Source of the DNA: Vicugna vicugna
Lineage: Eukaryota
Reading direction: 5' to 3'
Assembly (NCBI GenBank): GCA_013265495.1
Contig: MU057783.1
Location: 1 to 53,595 of the forward strand
Length of the DNA: 53,595 bases
The notes beneath the pieces were generated by a model. The model was not told where the DNA came from. It ran no database searches and worked only from the letters and a program-made list of their open reading frames with translations. Made by a program: the position numbers and the translations under genes. Below, one piece after another: positions 1 to 10,900 of this stretch (within the stretch, counting starts at the first letter, position 1; every line of letters begins with the position of its first letter).

Positions 1-610
1 TGGAGACCATCGCCATGGGAAATGCTTGGTGTCAGGAACAATGCACTGGAGCTGGGGAACCTGTGTGTTAAGGGTTTTCCTGTCCTGGGAGTGGGAAGTT
101 CAGACTCTGCCTTAGGAGCTGAGTTTGAATTAATCCTCTTTAGTTTACTGGTCCTCTGACTTTTGTCAAGTTATACACCCTCCTTGAACTCTTGTTTTCT
201 TGTCTCTCAAAATAGGAGAATTAGCCTGCTGCTATATAGTGTTTGATCAGGGTAAATTATTTGTATCTATAAAATGTCACATACTGTCACAAGCTCAAGT
301 AGAAATGGGCTCTCGTCTCTTCTGCAACTCAGTGCTCGATAAGACATCGGGGGAAAGCCAGTCCCTAATTTATGTGTGATGCAATGAGGAACAAAATTAA
401 CGTCTTGCCTTTTACTAGCAGTATTCTTACTCCTTTGCTTCATTTACCTCTTCCCTCCTTTACTCTCCCCTTTCCCCTTCTCCACCAAAAGAGACAAAGA
501 ATCCCTCAGAACACTAGATTCAAATTACTTTAAATGTTGGCTCATCCCCATGAAATGACAGTGACATAAAAAAAAAATCTGTACCACCCCAGACTTGATT
601 GTATTTGATT

Positions 611-631
611 TACACACACACACACACACAA
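611..631. repeat. (CA)n microsatellite in arm A
   Basis: tacacacacacacacacacaa; paralogue of the longer (GT)n at ~17054-17096. Confidence 0.9.
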
Positions 632-1344
632 TCAGCCTACCTCCCATTTGCTGAGGGAGAAGGACCAATTTTTCTGAGTTTTCATTCACTGAGCGTGAGA
701 GCAAAGTCTCTTAAGCAGAATTTCGCCTGGCTTCGTGCATGGTTTCTTAAACTGGATTTCTGCTTTGTGTCCATAGAAATATTCTCCTATTAGAAGAGAG
801 GAAGTGGAGACACAGATATTCTGCTGAGATATTGGTGTCATCATATTTGAGTTGGAAAGGACTTAAGACAGCATAGAGTCGTAACTTTTTATGGGTGAGA
901 ATCCATGATAGTGTAACTTGGACAAGAACCTGGGTCTCCTGCCATTGTACCCAAGTGGGTGAAGAGGCAATTGGGTGGGGGATGGTAGGGATCCTCCTTG
1001 CTTGAGTTCCAGGGTCTTGCTAGTTTTCATTGCTCAGCTGCCTTTAGTTTATGTCCATGTGGCCTCTCATGGGAAGGTCACTCTGTCCTCATAGATTGAG
1101 TTTCTAATCAGCATAAATCTCTGGACCCACTCATATTTCCCAGAGTTTTTCTGCTGACCTGTTGACACTTTAAATAAGTGAGACCTAAAAAACTACTGGA
1201 CATAAAATCCTTATTGTTATCGTTTGCCCTCAAGTTCCATAGGAATGGGGTGCTGTCTCAGGCTGTCTAAAGCGAGATCTGAACAAAGATAAGGTGATAG
1301 GCTGTGCTGCTGGACCCTTCCCAGTAGAATGGAATTTCCACTTT

Positions 1345-1505
1345 AGTTTTCAGAATCAGGCAGATGAGTTCAAATCTTGCCTTTTCCAGTTATTAGCTTT
1401 GTGAACTTGGGGAAGAAACTTTACTTTTTTGGGGTCTAATTTTCTTATCTGCAAATAAGTTCAGTATTTATTATAGGGTTTTTGTTTTAGAATTGAATGA
1501 GCTAC
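1345..1505 (+). mobile_element. MIR SINE fragment (paralogue at ~16180-16340)
   Basis: MIR core-like: cagaatcaggcagatgagttcaaatcttgcc...ttattagctttgtgaacttggggaag...tttcttatctgcaaa. Confidence 0.7.
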
Positions 1506-2117
1506 TTCCCTCATTTATTCCTAAAATACTGATCACATGGCTCTATGCTGGTGCCTTCGTAGTTGAATACTAAGGGACTCATCAGTGAGAATGAGGGTGG
1601 GGCGCCCCGTATCATAGAGCTGATATTCCAGGATATGCTTGAAAAAGACTGGATTACAGTGGATTTTTAGTAAATGCCCATTCCTTTCCTAATCCCCACT
1701 GATTGTGTATATATATGTATACTAATAAATGAACAATTTTTTATTGCAATTTAAATCTCTTTGTAGTATTTAAAATATGTAAGTATAACAAAAATAAATC
1801 AAATAAAATGATTTGACATTTATTTTCCTTTCAATAAGCAAAACAAAATAAAATAGAAAACAAAAGAAAAAGTTTTGTAGGAGTAGAAATACTTTTATTT
1901 CCATTGAATCAACCCCCTATGTTAGGTTTTTCGGTTGTGTTGTTAAACAGCATGCAAAATTGACAGGTTGTGACTTCAGTGTTGATAGCTAGGTGAGTAT
2001 AGTTTCTTTTTGTGGTTGTCTTTGATGAATTATTTGCACTAGATCATAAATGATGTGCATGTTACATATTGGAAACGAGGAAACATTGGAGACATACTAC
2101 CTCCAATGCAGTCATTT

Positions 2118-2650
2118 TGTTACTGAGTCCAAACTCGTTCTGCTCGCCGCATGACAGGCCAATAAACCGAAGATGAGGTGTTGGAGCAAGGAATAGTGAC
2201 TTTATTTGCAAAGCTGGCAGACCCAGAAGATGGCAGAATGATGTCCTGGCAAACCATCTTCCCCAAGTCAGAATTCAGTCTCCTTTTATACTATAAAGGG
2301 TCGGGGGTGTGATTGGTTGTTGCAAACTTCTTGCTGTATGAATTGTCCTTTGAATCCGCTGTTCTTGCAGCTGTCCATGTGGATCAAATCATGGTGCCCC
2401 TATAAAACCTCCAAAAAAACAAAGGTTATTCTCTATTTTGCATCTTGCCATCTCTACATAAGTGCAGATGAGCTAACATTCTTAAAGATCACGGCCCGGA
2501 GAATTGGCTCTCCTGTCGATTTCAGGCTAAAGGCAACTTTCTTTTACAAAAGGTACAGAGCTAGCAAGTCTGAGCCTAGAAAACAGGGCACAGGGTTAAA
2601 GCCAAAGGAACAGACCTAACATGGCGTCAAAATTGTTCTTTTCTATTACA
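2118..2650 (-). mobile_element. ERV1-class solo LTR (arm A copy)
   Basis: TG...CA termini (minus strand TGTAATAG...AGTAACA), TATAAAA-like and AATAAA motifs on the minus strand, 4-bp flanks attt/attc consistent with a target-site duplication. Same family at 15050, 43507 and 44659. Confidence 0.88.
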
Positions 2651-3821
2651 ATTCCCTTTTCCGCTTCATAGATAATTTTTGTAAGAAACATGAGCAATTT
2701 TGTATTTTTGCTTTTCATAACCGATAAGTGGGCCAACTATATTTTTGTGAGCAGGGATGCTTTGCGGGCATAGGGGTCACAGCAAACTCTTGTTGGGGGT
2801 GGCCGACCGTGCAACATGTCTGATGCCCCGTGACTGTTGGTGAGGGTCCCCCTAACCAGGGGCTCTCTTCAGGAACCAGCATATGGGCATTGACTTCTGG
2901 AGACCTCTTTTTCGGCTGCAGGAAATTTTTTCAGATACTGCGATTGAAAAATCACTCCAGCTGGAGATAATTAGGGAAAAAAGGAAAAGGAAAGTGTTTG
3001 GAGTAGAGTAGAAGAGAAGGAAATAAGATCACGGAGCCTGAGTGCTTCGCAGCACGGCCTCAGGAGAGAAGGGAGCAGACGTGGGGTGGGACCTGGCTTC
3101 GGAACCAGCTCCTGCTTGCACCTGTCCCCTTGACCAAGCCACATAGCTTTTAATTGGCCTGAGCCACCTCTCTGGGCTGGATGTCACCCTGGCAGAAACT
3201 TGAGAATCGAAGGTAAGGGGTGGGCAGCACTAACCTAAGGGGTCACTGAGGACTTCGGTCAAGTCCACAGTGCCTTTTCTGGTCATGTGTCTTCACTTGT
3301 CCTTTATCCCAGGATCTGAGGAGGAGGAGCAAGGAACTCAGGGAGAGATCCAGGAAGATATCCGACTGTGTAAAGGGAGGACAGACAAAGTGACAAGGGG
3401 AGTGAGGACACTTGCAGCAAAGTAAAATGACTTCACAACTATTGCTTCAGAGCTGCAGGTGTGAGAGAGCCTAAGCCTTTCTCAGAGTGCAGGGGACAAC
3501 AGGAAAGGAATGGCAAAATTTCCACTGACAATTGAAATTTTGTTAAATAGCCTGCTACTGTTGCTTGTATCACTTGAATGAATGCAGGCATATTTCTGTG
3601 GGCATTTATAGGTTCACTCAAACCCACCAGCCCCTCTTGCCCCCTTGGGGATGGGCTTACTCAAGCACAGTGCCCCTCCTGCTTGGGTGGGCCACACTGC
3701 GGGTCCTCGCCTGGAGCCAGATTGCTGCAGGGCACTGAGTCCCCGAGGCATGGCCTGTGAGACAAGACAGGAACATCTCTGCTCTTGACTGAGGGCCTCC
3801 TTTATCCCCTGCAGTGTAAGA

Positions 3822-3938
3822 ATGCCTGTGACTCAGTTAGAAGCATACTTCAAAGCTGTCCGTGTCCTCGCCATCCAGAAGCGGAGCCTGGAAGCTTCCG
3901 AATTTCTCCAGAAGGCGGTCTACATTCACCTTCAGCAG
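3822..3938 (+). CDS. Candidate coding exon, unknown small protein [39 protein letters not shown] (exon 3815-3938)
   Basis: Acceptor cctttatcccctgcag| at 3814, ATG 7 nt in (agaATGc), strong donor CAG|gtgagt at 3938. Frame, ATG and both splice sites are conserved in the arm B copy. No homologue recognised. Confidence 0.45.
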
Positions 3939-4749
3939 GTGAGTGTATGTCCTTACACAAGTGGAGGAATTACTGCAGATTTCCTGGAACAACTTACTCA
4001 CGTCCATCTGATATTTCTGTGCTAGGATTCAGTATGGCATGCTAAAAATTCTGGAGTCAGATCTTGAAATCCTGATGAAGAGGATTATTTATTTTATTTC
4101 TCCTATATGATAGACTTTTACATTCAAAATTAACAATTTTTGGTTCTTTCAGGAATTTTTTTGGGGGGGGGCGAAACAACATTGTTCTTACCATCTTTGC
4201 GACCTGTTGCTTTGTGCTCTCACCTGTCTTTTGTCACTTGTGAGGCGGTTACATTTGTGACCCTGTCCGGGTTGTTCATGTTATAAAATATAAAGTCTGT
4301 CAAAGTACAGTCCCATTTACTCCGAAGACATTCCACTAATACTACTTAAATCTGAATGTGGGTTTAAGAAGACAGAAACATTAGAACACGTACTTGCAGG
4401 TTGTTAGTGCAAAATCCCCAAATCAATAGTCTAGCTCAACATTTAAATCTTTCTAATATACTTTGGATTTGTATGGATAAGTGAAGCAGTTTGCTAAGAA
4501 CTCAAGACCAGGTTTAGAATACAGGCTGGTGTAGCTCAGCAGGTCCTCCCGAGCCCCTCGCTGTGCATGAGGGCAGGGCTGAGGGGGAGAGGACAGAGCA
4601 GAGGGGAGAGGGTGGGGCCTTGGGGAAAGGGGAGGGCCAAGGAGGAGGGGGGTCCTGCCCTCCCTGAGCTGACAGTTTCATGGCAAATACCTTCACCAGG
4701 TGGAGAACTTGGAATTTCTTCTAAGAATTGTGGGTTTTAAAAGAGTCTT

Positions 4750-5120
4750 AAAAGCACTGGAGTGACACAATCCCATGAGTCTCAAGTAGGAGAGAACAGC
4801 TGGGGGGCCACTTGGGAGACTCGTGAGTCCAGGTGGGCAGTGTTGGCGGCTTCCACCTGAGCGGCATGATGGTCGGTGGGAAAAAGCGAACAGATTGAAG
4901 GCATGTTTAGATGATAAAAAGGAAAGGATTAATGATGTGTGTGAAGGTAGGATGAAGTAAAGCCCAGGTTTCTGGGTGGATTAATGAGGTAAATGATGGC
5001 CCTGCTGTGCTCTGAGGAGGGAAAGCTGCAGAGAGAGTTCTGGGGGAAAACTGATGAGTTCAGGTGTGGATAAAATGAAAGGTTAGATGTGTGGTCTGGG
5101 AGCTCAGGTGAGAGCCAGTA
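4750..5120 (-). mobile_element. L2 LINE fragment (paralogue ~12670-13040)
   Basis: Typical antisense L2 text: cccaggtttctggg...gatgagttcagg...gatgtgtggtctgggagctcaggtgagag. Confidence 0.65.
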
Positions 5121-6028
5121 GTGGGTAGGGGGAGGGGAGAGAGACTTTCAAATCATTTTGTCTTGTGAACATACAAATAAGTATGGGTAATGATACACTT
5201 ACACCTCTATATTCTGGATTTAAAACCCATTAACATTTTGCTATATTGACTGCAGAGGTTCCTAATTGTTTTAATAGAAATAAAATAAATAGAAACAAAA
5301 TAGTGGAGTTAATGAACATCTTAGAGTTGATGTGTGTCCTTGTATGTATTTTGATACCTCATCTGTTTATAACTATAATCTATAAAAAGTTAACTAGTAT
5401 AGCATAAGAGTTAAACAGAGGGACGTGACACATACTGTTGGGGGTTGAAGCTGATTTTCTTGGACAAATTATATAGCCTTTCTGTGCCTTAGTTGCATCT
5501 TCTGTGACTGCCCCCGGACCCCTCATCACAGCTGATTTCCTAGACTAGATGTTGGGAGGGAGGCTGCTGTAGGGAGTGAGAAGTAGTAACTGCTAGGGAT
5601 AATGAAGAGAGAGACAAAAACAGATTAAAGCCGACAAACTCAGTACAAATACCCTCAGAAGAGAAAGAATCCCGCAGTGTTTTGGGCCACTTAGCATAAG
5701 GGAAACAAAACCACATGGACCCAAAGCTCTTGAGCATGTGAGTATTGTGGGTGGGAAGGTGTCATCAAAAAAGGGTTGAGAAAAGGCCTTTTGGTTTCCC
5801 TTGACGTTTCCAGTAAAGATGGGGAGCAGAAGCGAAAACCCCCCGCTTCACAGTTGAAGCTGCTGTTTTGTGTGAAACTGACCAAATGTTGGAGACCAGT
5901 CATCAGCGGTGCTGGCAAATGAAGAGACTTCTGGATTGGGTGGGGCACTTGCTGTGACTTCCAGGTGACCTGCTGGCTGGGGGCTGTGAGGCGGGCAGTA
6001 GGTTTGCAGGGTGACCCGGGCATAATCC

Positions 6029-6139
6029 NNNNNNNNNNNNNNNNNNNNNNNNNNNNNNNNNNNNNNNNNNNNNNNNNNNNNNNNNNNNNNNNNNNNNNNN
6101 NNNNNNNNNNNNNNNNNNNNNNNNNNNNNNNNNNNNNNN
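6029..6139. other. Assembly gap (111 N)
   Basis: Run of N; the paralogous interval in arm B is 11639-11768 (130 bp). Confidence 0.99.
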
Positions 6140-6419
6140 GCGGAGAGTGGAACATCCTCCTGCAGGGGAGGAAGAGCCTCTGAGCAGGGTGCTGGATGCA
6201 CAGGCAAGACCAGCCTGAGCACGGAGGGTTTGGGAAACTGGAAGTCATACAGTGGCCTGAGCAGCCTTGTTCCTGAGGAACTAGAGGGAGAAGAGGCTGA
6301 AAAACCAGCCTTGGGTCCGATCCTGTGGTGGGTTATGAGTGACAGTAAAGGATTGGTCAGGCAGGAACGAGAGAACCCTGTGGGCGTCCCAGCTGGGGCG
6401 TCACGCCGGAGGAAGAAGT

Positions 6420-6530
6420 GGAGTTATAGACTTTGCCACTTATGAGCTGTGTGACTTTGAGCAAGATCACCCCACCTCTCTCTATATATATCTTCATCTG
6501 TAAAGTGACACAGTGATAAGCTCGTGTCAT
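6420..6530 (+). mobile_element. MIR SINE fragment (paralogue ~11245-11355)
   Basis: ctttgccacttatgagctgtgtgactttgagcaag...cttcatctgtaaagtg is the MIR core. Confidence 0.75.
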
Positions 6531-7219
6531 CAGAAGGTTTAGTTTAGATCTGATCCTCTGTGTCCAGTCCTGTCTGTGCTGCCCTGCAAGGTTCTGCAGC
6601 GGCTGCTCTTACCCTGAGAAGGGAGGGTGTAGAGGGACATTGTAGCGCCCGAGGGCAGGAAGGGGTTGTTTTAAAAAACAGACATGTAGCCGCCTGCAGC
6701 TGCAGACCTGCAGGCAGTTTGGTTGATGGTCGTGGAGAGGACTTTGGAGGACTTAGCATCGTCTTAAGACTTGTTTTACCTTGGGGACCGTAATTGCCTT
6801 TGCAGCTTAATGTTGAAGATTTGGGCTTCTGGCAAAGCTGTTTTCAGAGGTGGGTATATAAGTAACATATCGTATAAAATAAGATGCTTTTATTTAATGT
6901 GTGGGACTTTGCAGCTGTTGGGAACAGCTCTGTTGGCCTGGTCTCCACGGAGGACACTAGGGGTCAGCAGAGCGTGCAGGAGGGCAGGCAGCCTGCAGTG
7001 CTGCTGCGGGGGTTTCTCCCCAGCACGGCGCTCTGCTGAGTTGACTCTCTCTGAGTTTGGTTGCCAGATGAGCAGACAGCAAAGTAGTGAGTTCTGGTGG
7101 GATTGTATAATGACAGGAAGAAAGAGGGACCAGTAGATTTTCGGGACTAGAACACGCTTTTGGTTCCTGATCCAGTGTGTTCCATTACAGAATTGATGAG
7201 TTGTGTCTATTCTGGGACT

Positions 7220-7713
7220 TGTCGACTGAAATAAATGTGCAGCCTGAAAGATACGAGTTATGATTTATTTGTCGGGAAGACTCGAGACGGGATGACAGCC
7301 TTCAGATCTGTCTGTGGGACTGCTCCTAAGAAGTATGGGAGGAGCTAGGATTATATAGGAACTTCACAACAAAGACCAGGTAGTTGGAACAATAAAAGAC
7401 TGCTTGTTATCTAAAGAAAACCAGGCATCTCAAGTTCAGGAATTTAGTGCTTTACTATGTATGGGAGGAAGCAAACATTTTGGCTCATTGAATTCATTCC
7501 TTTGACAAGCACCTAGCTATCTAGGGCCAGTATCCTGTCCTTTCTAATTCTGACTCCCCTCAGAGGGCACCATTGTGAGTGGCTGCAGAGGCTGGGCTGC
7601 AGGCCTGTCCTCGCTGGGGGGTGGTGGCAGCTGCTGATGACTTGGTTTCAGCATTCTTTGTTTACTGACATGGTTGCAGTCTTTTCATTCACATTGTAGT
7701 ATTTTCATTGACA
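7220..7713 (-). mobile_element. 3' LTR of an ERV1-class element
   Basis: Minus strand begins TGTCAATG at 7713, just after a polypurine tract (AAGGGGGAG), ends ...GTCGACA at 7220, with TATA-like and AATAAA motifs. Confidence 0.8.
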
Positions 7714-10312
7714 GTGCTCCCCCTTGGTCCTAAATTCGACCAATATTTTGAGAGACATTTCATGACCAATTTTGTCCCTTGGTGCTAAGATGGCTCATTC
7801 CTAGTTCAGGTTGAAGAATCTTCTGACCTGCCATTCAAGGTGTTAGGTGTTTTTATCAGGCCCTGTTGATACTAAAAGTTCTCTGGATTGCCTATCTTAC
7901 TAGTCTATTATGATCCAGGAAATATTTACCCTTCGTTGCTCATTCCCATACCTAGAATCACAGTTACATAAAATTTATACCCCTGCATAAAATAATTGTA
8001 TTTCTTCAAGATGTTTTGCCATCATCAATCTTCTTGTAGGCCTAGTTACACATTGGGAAATGTAAGAGAAAACAACCTTATAAAATTGACAGGATATAAG
8101 TAATAAAGCTAGTAACGTTAATAAACTCAGGAGTAAGAATTTAATAGTCGAGAAGATTTTTTTTGGGTTAAAATTTTGCTTGTGTTTCTCATTGAGTTTG
8201 AGTGATCTTATGAGAAAGTTCATATTTATGGTCAGGCTCAGAGCAGGTAACCCACCTTGTAAGATCAACAGTGGCCTAAACAGAACTATAATTTCTTTTT
8301 AGAATAACGTTTCTGAGGCCTATCTAGTTAGAGCCTTGGAGTAGGGAAAGCCACCAAGGTAACACAGAAGTACTAGACATAGGTAATTTACCATAAACTT
8401 AACAATTGGAGTAGTTCATAATCAAAGGTAGGAGAAATTATCAAAGTAATTGGTATACAGGCCTGGTCCGGTGTCTTGAGTCAGCTGTCTATCTCAGATG
8501 TCTTCTTCTCATCCTGGCCTGGTAGCTTTTTCTCCATTTCGGCATTGTTTTAAGGTGAGCAGTGCTCTATAGGCCACTGCACTGCAGGGGCTCTTTCTGA
8601 TTGGAAATGAATCCGAAAGTCAGTTTCCTTCAGCTTTGCTGTGTATGGTCTAGTTAAGAGTACCTGATAAAGAGTCCTTCCATTCAGGTTGGAGACAGTT
8701 TTTTAAGTCATGCCTATTCCAGTATGTATAATCCCCAGGCCGCAGGTCATGGGGCATTGGATCTTTACCCAAGGATATATTACTAAGCTTCAGAAAGAAA
8801 CATACAGTGTCCTTTTAATAATTCAATTAAACTTTGCAGCAATGTAACCTAACAGCAAGGAATGATCTGGGAAGTGTCTTACTAAATATATATCTCAATT
8901 AACAAAACTAGAATTTAATATCCACTAAAATATAATCTTTTGCTCTCTAAAGTTCCCTCATTTTTATCAAATATAGTCAAATCAAGGTTAATTTGTTTAC
9001 AAGTTAAGTCTGATTATTTGATCATATAGGCTTTTTTAAATTGGCTGTGTTGGAACTTTTAATAAGGACTTTTAAGGTGGAATGTTAATAAGGTTTTCTA
9101 AGGCCAGGAAAGCCCCGTCAAGGGCTTGTCATAGATTTCTGCCTAACAGATTTAGGTAAATTCTTTTCTTTTTGAAGTCCTTAAAATGCCTTGAGATTCC
9201 TATATCTGTTAGGAGATGATCTTCGTAATTTATCTGATAGAGCCACTGGGGACCTAAAAGATTTTAGTCTCTTGAGGGATCAGATAGAGAGAAAAGATAA
9301 CTGTTCTAAGTCTGCTTACATAGGTATAATTTATCAAATTGCCGTGAATCATAACTAGTTTAAGGAGAAGAGTTTCTTTATGTCTGGGAAACAGCTTAAA
9401 AGCCAGTAGTATTTCACACAAAATCAAAAATTATAACCATATTCACCAGTTTAATCATTCCCATGTAACTAATTCTTTTAATCAGAGTTTTCATTAGACC
9501 TTTAAAATTTCTTACCCAGTTTATTTCAGTGCTATAGTTTGAAATTTATTAGAAATCAGTAAATCTCCTTGAAGAGAGAGCATTTTGCAAAATCATAAGA
9601 AGAAAACAATTACCTGCCTATAAATGACAACAGATTTAACAGCATGGTTAAACAACGTTACACTGTAATCGATAAAGAAACCTGGTCACAATAACCAGAA
9701 TTATGACTGGTAACATTTCAAATATACCAGAATTTTAGGGAGTCCATATAATTTCTAGAATATCTATATTAATATTTTCTCATACAATATAACCTAGGAA
9801 GATTCATTATTCATTTGACAAATATTCATTTGACTTCCCATGTTATTTAACATGCCAAATGAAACTTACTACTTTAAAATCTCTCTTTGAGATGTTTCAG
9901 GGACCCTTTGTAGCAAGCCAAAGTTAACTGGAGACTAAAAGAACTTTAATGAGAAACTGATATTTGGGGAGCTTGTTAAAAGTTTTCAAAACACTTGGTC
10001 AGATAAACGTATAGATCACTATAAAGTAGTACTTATTCATTAACAAGAAAATATTTCAAAGGTAAAGGCAGAACAGATCACTTAAGTCGCATAAGAAGCT
10101 TTACTATTTGTTACTGAAGGTGGATTAACATTTTAAGAAAATTTTGTCCTCTTAACAAAGAGAAAACCAAATCTAGTCTTGTACCAGCTTACTTCTAAGA
10201 TTCATTTACTTAGAGCAAATTGATTCTAAACTTAGCCAATTCCGACCATGTACAAAACTCTTTCCTCAGGGTTCCTCTTCCACAAGCCTTCCACAGTTTT
10301 CTATACTCGTAT
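7714..10312 (-). mobile_element. Degenerate, internally deleted ERV1 internal region (integrase C-terminus and env TM/tail remnants)
   Basis: Minus strand ~8600-8755 reads, with frameshifts, HDLRPGDY..LQPEWK..YQVLLT..TAKL..IH, the gammaretroviral integrase C-terminal GPY-type region. ORF 7975..8268 has a hydrophobic stretch (FLLLSLLTLLALLLISC) followed by a tail where env TM is expected, just before the PPT. Confidence 0.8.
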
Positions 10313-10768
10313 TGTTATGGAAACGACAGGCCAGTCAAGAAACAAGCACCACTCGGAGGGTTGGAGTACTCAGATCTATTTAGCCGGCGGGCTCAGAGGG
10401 GCTTCTGCTAGAAAGCTCTGAGCACCTTCAAGACGTGCACATGAGGTTTTATAGGGTAAAGTACAAGCTTGGGGTATTCGGCCAATAGGCATGGAACAGC
10501 TTTAGCAGCATTATCATCACAAAAGTGGAGGCGGGGAGGCAGCAAACCAACATTTCAAGGCTAGATATGTCTCTTTGAAAATCCAGCTGGCTAGCAAAAA
10601 ACATAAGCAAACCAAATTAACTTAGATTTACAAGTTAGTCTAGCAGAACTCAGATCAGTATTCCAATACTTAGACTTGTGAGTTACCTTGTTAGCCCAGC
10701 CCAGCATCTCCTTCACATTCCTAGACTGGTGAGTTAACCTGTTAGACCAGCCCTGCATTTCCTTCACA
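10313..10768 (-). mobile_element. LTR of a second ERV family with a tandem ~48-bp duplication at its right end
   Basis: Termini tgttatgg...ccttcaca (TG..CA), TATAAAA on the minus strand, not similar to the LTR at 7220-7713. Repeated unit tagac.tgtgagtta.c.tgttag.ccagccc.gcat.tccttcaca at ~10670-10716 and 10722-10768. Confidence 0.75.
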
Positions 10769-10894
10769 AGAGTAGAGCGCCGTGCTGGTGAGAACCCTCC
10801 CGCACGCTCTGCTGACCCCTAGTGTCCTCCGTGGAGACCAGGCCAACAGAACTGCTCCAACAGCTGCAAAGTCCCACACATTAAATAAAAGCAT

Positions 10895-10900
10895 TTTATT
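10895..10900 (-). terminator. Candidate polyadenylation signal AATAAA for an inward-pointing transcript in arm B
   Basis: Minus strand tataaAATAAAatgcttttatttaatgtgtggg with U/GU-rich downstream sequence; the arm A paralogue at 6878-6883 is AATAAG. Confidence 0.4.

Larger units (their letters stand above)
1..7037 (+). repeat. Arm A of a ~7 kb inverted segmental duplication (partner 10771-17707); truncated by the window start
   Basis: Colinear with the reverse complement of 10771-17707 throughout. Base 1 tggagaccatcgccatggg pairs with cccatggcgatggtctcca ending at 17707; inner end cagcacggcgctctgct (7021-7037) pairs with agtagagcgccgtgctg (10771-10787). Paired near-identical ORFs appear in the track on opposite strands. 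Confidence 0.97.

Noticed and set aside
2317..2619. Similar ORFs recurring at 2317, 14977 and 44775
   Set aside because: All lie antisense within copies of the same LTR family; not a gene family.
3313..3421. Acidic exon-like segment GSEEEEQGTQGEIQED
   Set aside because: The arm B copy has a stop and a frameshift, and no donor is shared between arms.
3822..3938. Resemblance of the 39-aa peptide to S100 first EF-hand exons, interferon C-terminal helices or the BCL2A1 N-terminus
   Set aside because: Only generic amphipathic-helix similarity; diagnostic residues and the expected neighbouring exons are absent, so no name was assigned.
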